Position numbers and translations under genes: made by a program. The notes beneath the pieces were generated by a model. It was not told where the DNA came from and searched no databases. It saw only the letters and a list, made by a program, of their open reading frames with translations. From Candidatus Terrybacteria bacterium RIFCSPHIGHO2_01_FULL_48_17 (GTDB taxonomy: Bacteria; Patescibacteriota; Minisyncoccia; Terrybacterales; 2-01-FULL-58-14): a DNA stretch of 64,000 bases. The first letter of the stretch is position 1. Every line of letters starts with the position of its first letter. The stretch spans positions 2,113 to 66,112 of the forward strand of contig MHSS01000015.1 of the NCBI GenBank assembly GCA_001822835.1, given 5' to 3'. Shown here piece after piece: positions 37,597-47,498 of this stretch.

Positions 37597-39348
37597 ATGG
37601 CAAAACAAGAAATAAAACTAGAAACGCTTCGGCATTCGACTGCCCATGTCATGGCAAAGGCAGCAAAGCGCCTCTTCCCTAAAACGGCACTGGGTATCGG
37701 GCCGGTTATTGAAGATGGATTTTACTATGATTTTGATACCAAAAAAGCGATCAGTTCCGACTCATTCCCCCTTATCGAGGAGGAAATGAGGCGCATTATT
37801 GCCGCACACGAACTTTTCAAAAAAGAATATCTCTCGATTTCTCAAGCGCTTGCGCTTTTTAAAAAACTAAAAGAACCCTACAAAATTGAGTTGATTCGCG
37901 ATCTTGCAAAAAAAGGAGCAAAAAAAGTAAGCATTTATCGCACCGGCACAGATTTCCTTGACCTTTGTGCCGGCCCCCATGTACGAAATACTGCCGACAT
38001 TCCTCATAACGCCTTCAAGCTTATAAAAGCCGCCGCAGCATATTGGCGAGGAGATGAAAAAAATCCGCAACTAAAGCGGATCTATGGAACTATTTTCTTT
38101 TCAAATGATAAACTTGCCGGAGAGCTCAACCGCCTGGAGGAAATTGAAAAACGAGATCACAAAAAATTAGGGCGCGATTTGGATTTATTCACGTTTTCGG
38201 AATTGATAGGCAGCGGATTGCCTCTGTGGACCCCCAAAGGCACGATAATAAGAACCTTGCTTGATGAATTTATCTGGAAATTACGTGAAACCCGCGGCTA
38301 CGAACGTGTTGAAGTTCCTCACATCACCAAAAAAGAGCTTTACGAAATAAGCGGTCATTGGGAAAAATTCAAAGATGAGCTTTTTAAAATTACCACTCGC
38401 GAAGGACATCTTTTTGCCATGAAACCGATGAACTGCCCGCATCACATCCAAATCTTCAAACGGCGCCCGTGGAGCTACCGAGAATTACCCCAACGATACG
38501 CAAATACCACAATGGTTTATAGGGACGAACAAACCGGGGAGCTTTCTGGTTTGTCTCGTGTACGCTGTATCACGCAAGATGATGCCCATGTTTTTTGCAG
38601 AAACGGACAGGCAAAAAAAGAAATGATGAATATCTGGGATATCATCGATACTTTCTATGGTGCTTTTGGTTTTGAGCTTACTATTCGCGTCTCGTTGCAC
38701 GACCCCAAAAAACAAAAACGATACCTTGGCGATAAAAAGACGTGGCGGTTAGCCGAAACCGAACTTATCGATCTTGCAAAAAGCCGAGGCGCGAGAGCGC
38801 CGCTTGCACGAGGCGAGGCAGCTTTTTATGGACCCAAAATCGATTTTTTAGCGAAAGATTCCCTTGGACGAAAATGGCAAGTAGCAACGATCCAGCTTGA
38901 TATGAATTTGCCGGAACGATTTGATATTACCTGCATTGACGAACAAGGAAAAACAGAGCGCCTCGTTATGATCCATGCTGCTATCATGGGTTCCATTGAA
39001 CGGTTTCTTTCAATACTCATCGAGCATTTTGCTGGCGATTTTCCCGTGTGGCTTGCTCCGGTGCAAGTACGAATAATCCCAGTATCCGAACGCCATAAAG
39101 ATTATGCCGAAACAGTCAGGACGTTGCTTTCTGAAAAAAACATTCGTGTTGAAGTGGCGTCCGGTGATACAACGATTGGAAAAGCGATACGTTCGGGGGA
39201 ACTCTCAAAAATTCCCTATCTTGCGGTAGTGGGTGATCGGGAAGCTGAGGCGAAAACCGTAAGCGTGAGAGAACGAAAACAAACAGAGTTGCGGAGTATG
39301 AGTCCGCGCGATCTTGCAGAAGTTATCCGCGCAAAACGCCCCTTTTAA
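37597..39348 (+). CDS. thrS: Threonine--tRNA ligase (no TGS domain)
   Basis: RHSTAH, DLCAGPH, KPMNCPHH, QDDAH, AAFYGPK and GSIERF motifs. Confidence 0.97.
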   Translation: MAKQEIKLETLRHSTAHVMAKAAKRLFPKTALGIGPVIEDGFYYDFDTKKAISSDSFPLIEEEMRRIIAAHELFKKEYLSISQALALFKKLKEPYKIELIRDLAKKGAKKVSIYRTGTDFLDLCAGPHVRNTADIPHNAFKLIKAAAAYWRGDEKNPQLKRIYGTIFFSNDKLAGELNRLEEIEKRDHKKLGRDLDLFTFSELIGSGLPLWTPKGTIIRTLLDEFIWKLRETRGYERVEVPHITKKELYEISGHWEKFKDELFKITTREGHLFAMKPMNCPHHIQIFKRRPWSYRELPQRYANTTMVYRDEQTGELSGLSRVRCITQDDAHVFCRNGQAKKEMMNIWDIIDTFYGAFGFELTIRVSLHDPKKQKRYLGDKKTWRLAETELIDLAKSRGARAPLARGEAAFYGPKIDFLAKDSLGRKWQVATIQLDMNLPERFDITCIDEQGKTERLVMIHAAIMGSIERFLSILIEHFAGDFPVWLAPVQVRIIPVSERHKDYAETVRTLLSEKNIRVEVASGDTTIGKAIRSGELSKIPYLAVVGDREAEAKTVSVRERKQTELRSMSPRDLAEVIRAKRPF

Positions 39349-39368
39349 CAGGGGCGGTGTGTTTAAAA

Positions 39369-39707
39369 TTAAGTTCTTTTCTGTCGGCAATAACAATAGT
39401 AGGTCTCGTCGTGAAAATGACATTTATCGTCAAGTGCGTAACGAATATGCGTCTGTATGGGGTCGCGAGCATTATCGGTATTGGTAAGTTCGCCGTCCCC
39501 CACCGCATTTTTTATCTGTTGGCATCCAAGCACTTCCCCCAAACGATCAAATAGCTTATTTTGAATTTTTTGTTCAAGAAAAAGCTCATCCTCTTCTGAA
39601 AGCGCTTCTCCGGAAAGCTCGGGGTCAAACCCTGCTTCTATGATCAGTTCCCTGATTATCTTTAGCGCAGTTTCTTCTACGGTTTCGACATCAAACGTTC
39701 GCATCAT
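39369..39707 (-). CDS. Hypothetical acidic protein with a C-terminal Cys/His cluster
   Basis: 112-aa ORF filling the thrS-miaA gap; ends CHFHDETYYCYC. Confidence 0.55.
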   Translation of the reverse strand: MMRTFDVETVEETALKIIRELIIEAGFDPELSGEALSEEDELFLEQKIQNKLFDRLGEVLGCQQIKNAVGDGELTNTDNARDPIQTHIRYALDDKCHFHDETYYCYCRQKRT

Positions 39708-39739
39708 CCAATTCCTTTTGTGTAAAAACTACCTCTAGC

Positions 39740-40705
39740 ATGGCATCCAGGAAAACCCGCGTCAAATCGCCCGTCATTGTCATTGTAGGCCCTACCGCTT
39801 CCGGAAAAACGGACCTTGCACATAAACTCGCGAAAACACTGGGCGGCGATATCATTACTGCTGATTCGCGCCAGGTATACAAAGAAATGAATATTGGGAC
39901 GGCAAAGCCGCATACAACAGGGACCAGCAATCGGGGTTCAGGGATCAGAAAATGCCCGGAGATGCGGGGTGTGCAACATTATGGAATTGATCTTGTAAAA
40001 CCCAATCAATATTTTTCCGTCCAACAATGGAGAAAAATAGCTCTTCGCGCCATATCTGAAATTCAAAAACAGGGTCGAGTCCCGATTGTTGAAGGCGGGA
40101 CATGGCAATGGGTTTATGCATTGTTGTATAACTACACGATCCCAAAAGTACCTCCCCAAAAAGCGTTTCGCAAAAAACTGGAGGCGGAAATCAAAAAACG
40201 AGGCACTGGATATTTGATAAAAAAGGTGCTGCGAAGCGATCCTGATGCGACCGCATTTTTAGATCTAAAAAACCCTCGCCGTCTTATCCGGGCGCTTGAG
40301 GTAATGAAAGAGACAGGTAAGCCCTTTTCCCGACTACGCAAAACAGATGCTCCCCTTTTTAAAATACTAATTCTTGGATTAAATCCCGCTCCTCCCGCAC
40401 TAAAAAAGCGTCTCGCAAAACGTCTTGAGCAACAGTTCGCAGAAGGACTTAAACGTGAGGCAAGAAATCTCATTAGTAAATACGGTCGCAAGACCCCGGG
40501 AATGTCGGGTATTGGCTATCGTGAATGGCAACCATACTTTGAGGGTACAATAACGATCGATGAGGTGCGCGCCAATATCTTGCGCAATACGATAAAGCTT
40601 GCAAAAGTGCAACAACGAATGTTTCGAAAAATCAAAAAGGTAAAGTGGATACATGCTTACCAAGATGCAAAACGGGTCGTCACCCAAAAATTTGCAAGAT
40701 TATAA
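39740..40705 (+). CDS. miaA: tRNA dimethylallyltransferase
   Basis: GPTASGKT, DSRQVYK.MNIGTAKP, NPRRLIRALEV and IGYRE motifs. Confidence 0.96.
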   Translation: MASRKTRVKSPVIVIVGPTASGKTDLAHKLAKTLGGDIITADSRQVYKEMNIGTAKPHTTGTSNRGSGIRKCPEMRGVQHYGIDLVKPNQYFSVQQWRKIALRAISEIQKQGRVPIVEGGTWQWVYALLYNYTIPKVPPQKAFRKKLEAEIKKRGTGYLIKKVLRSDPDATAFLDLKNPRRLIRALEVMKETGKPFSRLRKTDAPLFKILILGLNPAPPALKKRLAKRLEQQFAEGLKREARNLISKYGRKTPGMSGIGYREWQPYFEGTITIDEVRANILRNTIKLAKVQQRMFRKIKKVKWIHAYQDAKRVVTQKFARL

Positions 40706-40766
40706 TCTATATCGCTTCCTTATTTTAAGATCCTGTGAAAACGTATTCTGAACACAAATGAAAATA

Positions 40767-40795
40767 TTGACTATGTTTTCTTTTTGTGTTAAGGT
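40767..40795 (+). promoter_or_regulatory. sigma70-like promoter for the methyltransferase
   Basis: TTGACT-17 bp-TAAGGT. Confidence 0.4.
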
Positions 40796-40829
40796 TTAAG
40801 CGCCATAGTTCATTAGAAAAGGAGAATAC

Positions 40830-41741
40830 ATGGGACAATTTGAATGCTTTCGCGGCCGTCATTTTAGCGTATACGAACAAGGCATGAATGCCTCAATGCG
40901 TATGAAATGGCGTGATATCGCACCATGGGTTGTCGCACCCGAGTACGATAGCAGCAGTTATATTGTGGAAGAAGGTTGCGGCACTGGAGGGCTTCTTTTG
41001 CGTCTTGGTATACGTTTTGCCACCACCCCAGTAATAGGCCGCGATATTTCTTCACATTTCGCCCAAACAAGCGCGGAGGCGGTCTCTGGCCTGGCAAACA
41101 CCGCTGTCATACAAGAAAATATTCTGAAACCTAGATTTGCTTCCGGTTCAGTAGGCACCAAAATATTTTCATCGGTATGGCATGAACTGTATTCCTATAA
41201 TGGATATCGTGAAGACGTGCTCGATATGGTGCTGGAACAAACATATCGTGAGCTTATACCCGGAGGGCGTATCATCATTCGTGACGGCGTAAAACCCAAA
41301 AATCAGCACGTCGCGATGTGGCTCTCCCCTAAATCATATGGGAACCTGCCGTCGGCTCGCGAAATGTTCATGCGCTTCGTGCGCGATTTTCAAGCAGTAC
41401 GACCGGTACCATACGGGCATCTGCAAACAAACGACTACCAACTTTTTGCGGTACTTGGCAGCGAAAATGCCTACGAGTTTCTCATGAAAAAGGACTATCT
41501 TGAAAACTGGGAAGGCGAAATAAAAGAAGTATTTGGGGTATGGACGCCACAGGAATTTGAGCAACGTCTTATTTCTCATGGCTTCAGGCCGTTATGCATC
41601 AAACCCTTCAGAAACCGCTGGATCGTTGAACATCGTCTCAAGCCGGTAACCAAACTATATCGTTTCGGCAAAAAGGGAGAACTCATTACAATCCCCTTCC
41701 CATACACAAACATATTGGTCGTTGGCGAAAAATCAAAATAA
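40830..41741 (+). CDS. Class I SAM-dependent methyltransferase
   Basis: VEEGCGTG motif I, GRDIS, FSSVWHE and LIPGGRIIIRD motifs; Shine-Dalgarno AAGGAG. Confidence 0.85.
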   Translation: MGQFECFRGRHFSVYEQGMNASMRMKWRDIAPWVVAPEYDSSSYIVEEGCGTGGLLLRLGIRFATTPVIGRDISSHFAQTSAEAVSGLANTAVIQENILKPRFASGSVGTKIFSSVWHELYSYNGYREDVLDMVLEQTYRELIPGGRIIIRDGVKPKNQHVAMWLSPKSYGNLPSAREMFMRFVRDFQAVRPVPYGHLQTNDYQLFAVLGSENAYEFLMKKDYLENWEGEIKEVFGVWTPQEFEQRLISHGFRPLCIKPFRNRWIVEHRLKPVTKLYRFGKKGELITIPFPYTNILVVGEKSK

Positions 41742-41766
41742 AACACCGCACGCTTGTGCGGTGTAT
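41742..41766. terminator. Terminator between convergent genes
   Basis: ACACCGCAC-GCTT-GTGCGGTGT. Confidence 0.65.
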
Positions 41767-41769
41767 TGC

Positions 41770-42594
41770 TTAATCCTCGCGCGGAGGGCCGATTATCTTA
41801 TCCACCAATCGCTGGGTGAATCCGGTTCGGTAACGGGAATCTTTCAGATACAGGATAGATGCCTTCTGCCGCGAAACAGTAACGCTTACAGACGAAATAA
41901 TTCCCCCATTTTTACCATCATACAGGAGATGGACTGGTCGTTTCGCCTGACTCCGGTTCTTCACTTCAATTCTTGAGTCCGCGGGATAGACCACGGCGTC
42001 TAGCAATGAGCGAAACGTCCATGCCCGTTGTGCGACAAAAGGAACGATGATAAGAGCTGCCACACCCGGATGTACAATTGGCCCGCCGGCACTTTGCGCA
42101 TAAGCCGTGCTACCTTGGGGCGAAGACACAATGATGCCGTCCCCGGAAAACTTATTAATAACTTCACCATCAATCAAAACATCAAGGTGGGCTGATTGTG
42201 GCGTTGCGCGTTGTACCAAAATCTCATTGAAGGCGTAAACACATCGCTCGCGCCCTGCTATATCCTTGGCGACGACGCGTAGTAAGCGATAGGTCTGCGT
42301 GCGAAAGTGTTCCCCCGACTCCTGAAGCATCTTAATTGACTGTGGCGGATCTATGTATGGATTCATGAAAAAGCCGACGTCACCGAAATTAAAACCAACG
42401 AACGGCTTACGCAAGTGCTGATATTGCGCAACTACCGAAAGCATCGTCCCATCGCCACCGATTATAACGATTACATCAGCGTCTTGGGGGGATGAAACGA
42501 AGAGGGTGGCCGCATGTTTCCGGAGGCCGTCCGCATATACTTGTGCCTCTAGATTATCAGGACGCGCAAGAATCGCGATCTTTTTGGGTTCCAC
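41770..42594 (-). CDS. nadK: NAD kinase
   Basis: GGDGTML, GDVGFF, AFNE and GDGIIVSSPQGSTAYAQSAGGP motifs; GTG start with GGAGG Shine-Dalgarno. Confidence 0.93.
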   Translation of the reverse strand: MEPKKIAILARPDNLEAQVYADGLRKHAATLFVSSPQDADVIVIIGGDGTMLSVVAQYQHLRKPFVGFNFGDVGFFMNPYIDPPQSIKMLQESGEHFRTQTYRLLRVVAKDIAGRERCVYAFNEILVQRATPQSAHLDVLIDGEVINKFSGDGIIVSSPQGSTAYAQSAGGPIVHPGVAALIIVPFVAQRAWTFRSLLDAVVYPADSRIEVKNRSQAKRPVHLLYDGKNGGIISSVSVTVSRQKASILYLKDSRYRTGFTQRLVDKIIGPPRED

Positions 42595-42636
42595 TTTCCC
42601 CTCCCTTCTCAAAGAACTAGATATTTTGGTAATAAA

Positions 42637-42703
42637 ATTATAACGCAAATTGTCCAATATGTAAAGGCGGGGCCTTGTAAAAAGATACGGGTAGTGATAC
42701 AAT
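42637..42703. promoter_or_regulatory. Divergent promoters for nadK and pncA
   Basis: Minus strand TTTACA-17 bp-TATAAT (42637-42665); plus strand TTGTAA-17 bp-TACAAT (42675-42703). Confidence 0.55.
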
Positions 42704-42739
42704 CATTGCAGATCTTTGAGAGAAGAAAGGGCTGCTACG

Positions 42740-43318
42740 ATGATATACCCACCGCAGGAAGAGCTTCGGCACCGATCGGCACTTATTATCGTTGATGTAC
42801 AAAATGATTTCTGTCCCGGCGGAAACCTAGCGGTTCCAGACGGCGACGCTGTTGTTTCTAAAATTAACAACGCAATAACTTATTTTGACATCGTTGTTGC
42901 GAGCCAGGATTGGCACCCCCAAGATCATTGCTCTTTTGACACGCAGGGCGGAAAATGGCCTGAACACTGTATTGCCGGAACTTCGGGAGCAAACCTTCAT
43001 GCTGTCCTCGACACCGCGCGGATCACCCATATTGTCCGCAAAGCATACAAGAAAGATCAGGATGCTTACTCTGCGTTTGATGGAACGGGGCTTGCGGAAA
43101 TGCTGCGAGCGCTCGGGATAACCGAGGTCTTTGTTTGTGGATTGGCTTTAGATTATTGCGTTAAAGCTACTGCGCTTGACGCACGAAAAGCAGGTTTTAA
43201 TACATGGTATATTTTAAATGCATGCCGAGGAGTCGCTAAAAACACCAGCGAACAAGCAGAACGAGAAATGCAAGGTGTTGGCATTAAACCAGAATTCGTC
43301 AGAGGTCCGGTGTCCTAG
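42740..43318 (+). CDS. pncA: Nicotinamidase/pyrazinamidase
   Basis: VDVQNDFCPGG.LAV, QDWHP, WPEHC, YSAF and GLALDYCV motifs. Confidence 0.95.
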   Translation: MIYPPQEELRHRSALIIVDVQNDFCPGGNLAVPDGDAVVSKINNAITYFDIVVASQDWHPQDHCSFDTQGGKWPEHCIAGTSGANLHAVLDTARITHIVRKAYKKDQDAYSAFDGTGLAEMLRALGITEVFVCGLALDYCVKATALDARKAGFNTWYILNACRGVAKNTSEQAEREMQGVGIKPEFVRGPVS

Positions 43319-43360
43319 CCGGACCCTTACTTTTTATAAAGAGAGTGATATAGTTTGTCT

Positions 43361-43963
43361 ATGCAAAAATATATTGCACTTTTTGGTGGCGCCTTTGATC
43401 CACCGCATCTCGGGCATCTTACAGCTATTCGCCAAATTTTTGATGCAAAAAGATTCGACGGGGTTTGGGTCGTACCAAGCGGAATGCGACCCGACAAACA
43501 ATCACATGCATCACCCCAAGATCGCCTCGCGATGACCCGCTTACTTGTGAAGCATGGGTTTGACACACATGAACCGGTATTTGTCAAAACGCACCTCGTA
43601 GACGCTCCCGACTCTTATCCATTTACCATACAAGAACTTGAATATCTTAAAACCCAACATCCCAATACGGCATTTACTGTTGCGATCGGATCGGACCAAG
43701 CACAAGCGCTTCACCAATGGCACAATCCAGAAAAATTATGCGCGCTTGCCGATATCCTCGTTATTGTAAGGGATGGACGGCCTACAACTATTTCATTCCC
43801 CTGTAATACCACAATACTTGACCCCAAAGATAATATATGGTTAAATATATCAAGTACGGAATTACGGTGGCGTATAGCGCACGAGAAGCCGATTTTCGGG
43901 CTTACGCTGCTGCCCATTGCCGAGTTCATTGATAACAAAAAACTCTATACAAAGGAGGCCTGA
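43361..43963 (+). CDS. nadD: Nicotinate-nucleotide adenylyltransferase
   Basis: FGGAFDPPHLGH, IGSDQ...W and ISSTELR motifs. Confidence 0.93.
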   Translation: MQKYIALFGGAFDPPHLGHLTAIRQIFDAKRFDGVWVVPSGMRPDKQSHASPQDRLAMTRLLVKHGFDTHEPVFVKTHLVDAPDSYPFTIQELEYLKTQHPNTAFTVAIGSDQAQALHQWHNPEKLCALADILVIVRDGRPTTISFPCNTTILDPKDNIWLNISSTELRWRIAHEKPIFGLTLLPIAEFIDNKKLYTKEA

Positions 43964-43964
43964 G

Positions 43965-45209
43965 ATGCCTATTGTGCCGCGACTTCTTGATGTCGACTTT
44001 TATAAGCTGACGATGGCACAGGTTGCCTGGAAATGTTTTCGAAGTTTCCCCGTAACGTATGGTTTTACCAACCGCACCAAAGACGTAGCGCTCTCCGCAC
44101 ATATTAATCAAGAACGGCTCCAAGATGAGTTTGCGTACGTGCGGGGAAGAGCCCATTTTTCTAACGAGGAACTCAACTGGCTGCGGAGGAATCCTATCTT
44201 TTCCGAAGATTTCATACGGTTTCTTGGACGCCATATCGAACACGAACGATATCCGCTTGACTTGCCGCCGGTTCAAGCAATAACAGAGAGGAACACGTTA
44301 ACCATCAAGACAACCGGCGATTGGCCCCAAACCATCTTATGGGAAACAATTGTGTTGTCGATTGTGAACGAGCTTTATTATCGAGATCTTATCACCACAC
44401 AACGTCTTTCCCAACGTCGCTTATGGCGTGAGGGAGAACGGCGACTTCTGGAAAAAATCGCAACGCTCAAGAGACATCCTGAAGTAAAATTTGTTGAGTT
44501 TGGCACTCGGCGCCGCTTTTCTAGAAAATGGCAAAAACGTGTCCTTGAAATTCTGCTTGCCGAAATTCCCGATCAGGTACTCGGTACTTCAAACGTACTG
44601 CTTGCAAAAGAGTTTGAAATTAAACCCATCGGAACGCATGCACACGAAATGTTCATGATACTCTATGGATATTTCCGATCGCTCAACGATGCCGTACCCG
44701 TATTGTCTGCCCATCAAACGGTGTTAAAAACCTGGTGGGAAGAATATGGCGAATCGCTATCCCTTGCACTCACAGATACATTCGGCACCGAATTTTTTCT
44801 TGACAACTTTACGCCCGACCAAGCGTGGCAATGGCGCGGTATGCGCCAAGATTCCGGAGACCCTATCGAAATTGGTGAAAAAATTGTCTCTTTTTACCAA
44901 AAGCAAGGGATTAGTCCTAAAGAAAAACTTCTGCTCTTCAGCGATGGCCTCACGCTCCCGAAAATAATCGAGCTTTCCAATCGATTTTCAGATAGAATTC
45001 AGGTTTCATTCGGCTGGGGCACCAATCTTACCAATGACCTTGGCCCTGCACCCTTATCGCTTGTTATGAAAGCAACTGAGGCGTGCGGAGTTCCCACAGT
45101 GAAACTCTCCGACAATCCTGCTAAAGCTACGGGACCGGCGGACGAAATTGAACGCGTAAAGCGAGAGGTCGGCTACAAAGACCGACCCGCACAAGCAATT
45201 GTGTACTAA
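43965..45209 (+). CDS. pncB: Nicotinate phosphoribosyltransferase
   Basis: LDVDFYKLTM, EFGTRRR, GTHAHE, RQDSGDP, FSDGL, FGWGTNL and KLSDNPAK motifs. Confidence 0.96.
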   Translation: MPIVPRLLDVDFYKLTMAQVAWKCFRSFPVTYGFTNRTKDVALSAHINQERLQDEFAYVRGRAHFSNEELNWLRRNPIFSEDFIRFLGRHIEHERYPLDLPPVQAITERNTLTIKTTGDWPQTILWETIVLSIVNELYYRDLITTQRLSQRRLWREGERRLLEKIATLKRHPEVKFVEFGTRRRFSRKWQKRVLEILLAEIPDQVLGTSNVLLAKEFEIKPIGTHAHEMFMILYGYFRSLNDAVPVLSAHQTVLKTWWEEYGESLSLALTDTFGTEFFLDNFTPDQAWQWRGMRQDSGDPIEIGEKIVSFYQKQGISPKEKLLLFSDGLTLPKIIELSNRFSDRIQVSFGWGTNLTNDLGPAPLSLVMKATEACGVPTVKLSDNPAKATGPADEIERVKREVGYKDRPAQAIVY

Positions 45210-45220
45210 TAATATAAATA

Positions 45221-45247
45221 GCGCGGCTTATGCCGCGCATTTTGTTT
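45221..45247. terminator. Terminator between pncB and the Nudix gene
   Basis: GCGCGGC-TTAT-GCCGCGC followed by a T-rich tract. Confidence 0.65.
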
Positions 45248-45775
45248 TTACAGAAGATCTAGAAAATCAAGTGCCAAATAGCCGGATCCCACGTCACTAA
45301 GCTGCCCCGCGCGAAGGTGGTTTCGGAAATCGTCAAGAGACATCAAGACGACATCAATAAATTCGCTATCATCGGGAGATGGTTCTTGAATTTGCGTGCA
45401 ATTTTCAACGACAAACACGTGCCGCTGCATATCAGAATAAGCGCTATGTACGACTTTGGGCACTACATAACGCACATTGCCAGCATAGCCGGTCTCTTCA
45501 AGGAGCTCCCGTTCTATTGCCTCTTGCGGCGACTCGTTTAGATTTTTCCATCCGGCAGGAAGCTCAAGAAGCACCTTTTGGGGACCAGGACGGAATTGCC
45601 TCGTTAAAATTACCTTTCGATCGGGAGTGAGCGCCAAGGCAACAACAACCTCGCCCTCTTTGGCGATTTCGTAATCTTTCTCCTCAGCGTTGGGCATAAG
45701 GAACCAAACCCGATCTATTTTGCGGAACCTACCGCGGAATGCCGGCTCTTCACGCAATTTCGGCCAGGGATCCAT
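45248..45775 (-). CDS. Nudix hydrolase, ADP-ribose pyrophosphatase-like
   Basis: RQFRPG...LELPAG and the Nudix box GWKNLNESPQEAIERELLEETGY. Confidence 0.88.
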   Translation of the reverse strand: MDPWPKLREEPAFRGRFRKIDRVWFLMPNAEEKDYEIAKEGEVVVALALTPDRKVILTRQFRPGPQKVLLELPAGWKNLNESPQEAIERELLEETGYAGNVRYVVPKVVHSAYSDMQRHVFVVENCTQIQEPSPDDSEFIDVVLMSLDDFRNHLRAGQLSDVGSGYLALDFLDLL

Positions 45776-45842
45776 ATTTTCTCTCCTTTTCATATTCGTA
45801 AGAACTGTAAAAACAATAGCACAGAAATTCAATAGACGCAAT

Positions 45843-47498
45843 CTAAGAAAAACGGGCTGCGATCGGCATACGCCGACCTGAACCAAAGGCCTTTGTCGTA
45901 ATTTTAAGACCGGGCGCTGCTTGACGACGCTTAAATTCCATCATGTCTACGGTTCTTATGATTCGGTTAACCAAAGTGCGATCATGTCCTCCATCAATAA
46001 TTTCTTGAGCACTTTTTCGTTCCTCTACATATGCGTGTAATATCGGATCCAAGACATCATAAGGAGGTAACGAATCGGTATCTTTCTGGTTAGGCCTTAG
46101 CTCTGCCGAAGGAGGTTTCATGAGAACGCGCTTGGGAATAATCTCATTTTTACGATTGATAAACCGCGCAAGCTCATAGACAAGGGTCTTTGGGAGATCC
46201 GAAATAATACCAAGCCCTGCTGCCATATCGCCGTATAAGGTTGCATATCCCATAGCAAGCTCGGACTTATTCCCCGTGCCGAGCACGATCCGTTTTTGTC
46301 TGTTGGCAATCGCCATCAAAATCATCCCGCGAATGCGCGACTGAATATTTTCTTCAGTAACGGTCGGTGGATCCGACCATCCAATAGTAGAATCCAGCAT
46401 CTTACGATACGCCTCAAATCCCTCTTTAATGGGAATTGTAAAAAAATCGATGCCGAGGTTCCTTGAAAGGGTTTCGGCATCTTCAATGCTCTCACGGGAA
46501 GAAAACGGAGAAGGCATTGCAACTGCAAGCACGTCTTTTGCGCCAAGCGCTTTGGCCGCAAGTACGGCAACAAGCGAAGAGTCAATACCTCCCGAAAGTC
46601 CCAAAACCGCACCCCCACGGAATCCATTGACCTTGCCAACATAATCGCGCAATCCGAGTACCAAAGCATTCTCTACCTCTTCTGTTTTGTCAACATCAGT
46701 GGGAAAACTTGCAGCAGTTTGTTGATGAAGATCAACAATGAGCATATCTTCTTGATATGCTTTTGCAAGAGCAGTACACGATCCATCTTGGGCAACCGCA
46801 AAACTTCGACCGTCAAAAATCAGCTCGTCGTTACCCCCCACTTGGTTGCTATAAAAAATAGGCACCTTCAACCGTTGTGCGAGATCGGACACAAGACGGA
46901 ACCTCATTTCTGCTTTTCCCCACCAATATGGTGAGCCATTAATAACTACCAGTGCATCAAAATGACCCTTCTCAAAATGCTGAAATGGATCGAAACTATA
47001 TTGTTTCCTCCCACCAACACCCGCATCTTCAACACCGTTCCAGATATCTTCGCAAATAACTACGCCGATCCTTTTTTCCCCAATACTCACTGGGCTTTGT
47101 GGTTTGGTATACGGTTCAAAATACCGATACTCATCAAAAACATCATAAGTAGGAAGCAGCGCCTTACGTCTCGTTTCTTGAAGGAGCCCGTTCTGTAAAA
47201 CCGCAGCAGAATTGAAAAGGGGCTTACCTACTTTTTCTTCATTACGCTCCGCAAAACCCACTACAAGAGGCACCCGTCCCACAGCCCCGGCCATACGATT
47301 CAACGCTTCTAATTGTTGCGCGATAAGATCTTCACGCTCGAGCAAGTCACGCGGAGGATAGCCAAACAGCGCAAGTTCCGTAGAAACAACTAAATCCACA
47401 TGTTTGTTGCATGCATTACGGTATCCCCGTAGTATCTTCTCGGCATTGCCAGCAATATCGCCGATAATAAAGTTGTGCTGCAAAAGCGCTATTTTCAT
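45843..47498 (-). CDS. nadE: Glutamine-dependent NAD+ synthetase
   Basis: Nitrilase domain (TELALFGYPP, ICEDIW) plus GLSGGIDS, ENIQSR, TGNKSE, GYATLYGD and PPSAEL motifs. Confidence 0.96.
   Translation of the reverse strand: MKIALLQHNFIIGDIAGNAEKILRGYRNACNKHVDLVVSTELALFGYPPRDLLEREDLIAQQLEALNRMAGAVGRVPLVVGFAERNEEKVGKPLFNSAAVLQNGLLQETRRKALLPTYDVFDEYRYFEPYTKPQSPVSIGEKRIGVVICEDIWNGVEDAGVGGRKQYSFDPFQHFEKGHFDALVVINGSPYWWGKAEMRFRLVSDLAQRLKVPIFYSNQVGGNDELIFDGRSFAVAQDGSCTALAKAYQEDMLIVDLHQQTAASFPTDVDKTEEVENALVLGLRDYVGKVNGFRGGAVLGLSGGIDSSLVAVLAAKALGAKDVLAVAMPSPFSSRESIEDAETLSRNLGIDFFTIPIKEGFEAYRKMLDSTIGWSDPPTVTEENIQSRIRGMILMAIANRQKRIVLGTGNKSELAMGYATLYGDMAAGLGIISDLPKTLVYELARFINRKNEIIPKRVLMKPPSAELRPNQKDTDSLPPYDVLDPILHAYVEERKSAQEIIDGGHDRTLVNRIIRTVDMMEFKRRQAAPGLKITTKAFGSGRRMPIAARFS

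Noticed and set aside
41770-47498. Phage-type NARP1/NARP2 pathway
   Set aside because: The enzymes are the deamidating PncA-PncB-NadD-NadE route; no NadV/Nampt-like or PRPP-synthetase-like gene is present, so the link is only a functional analogy
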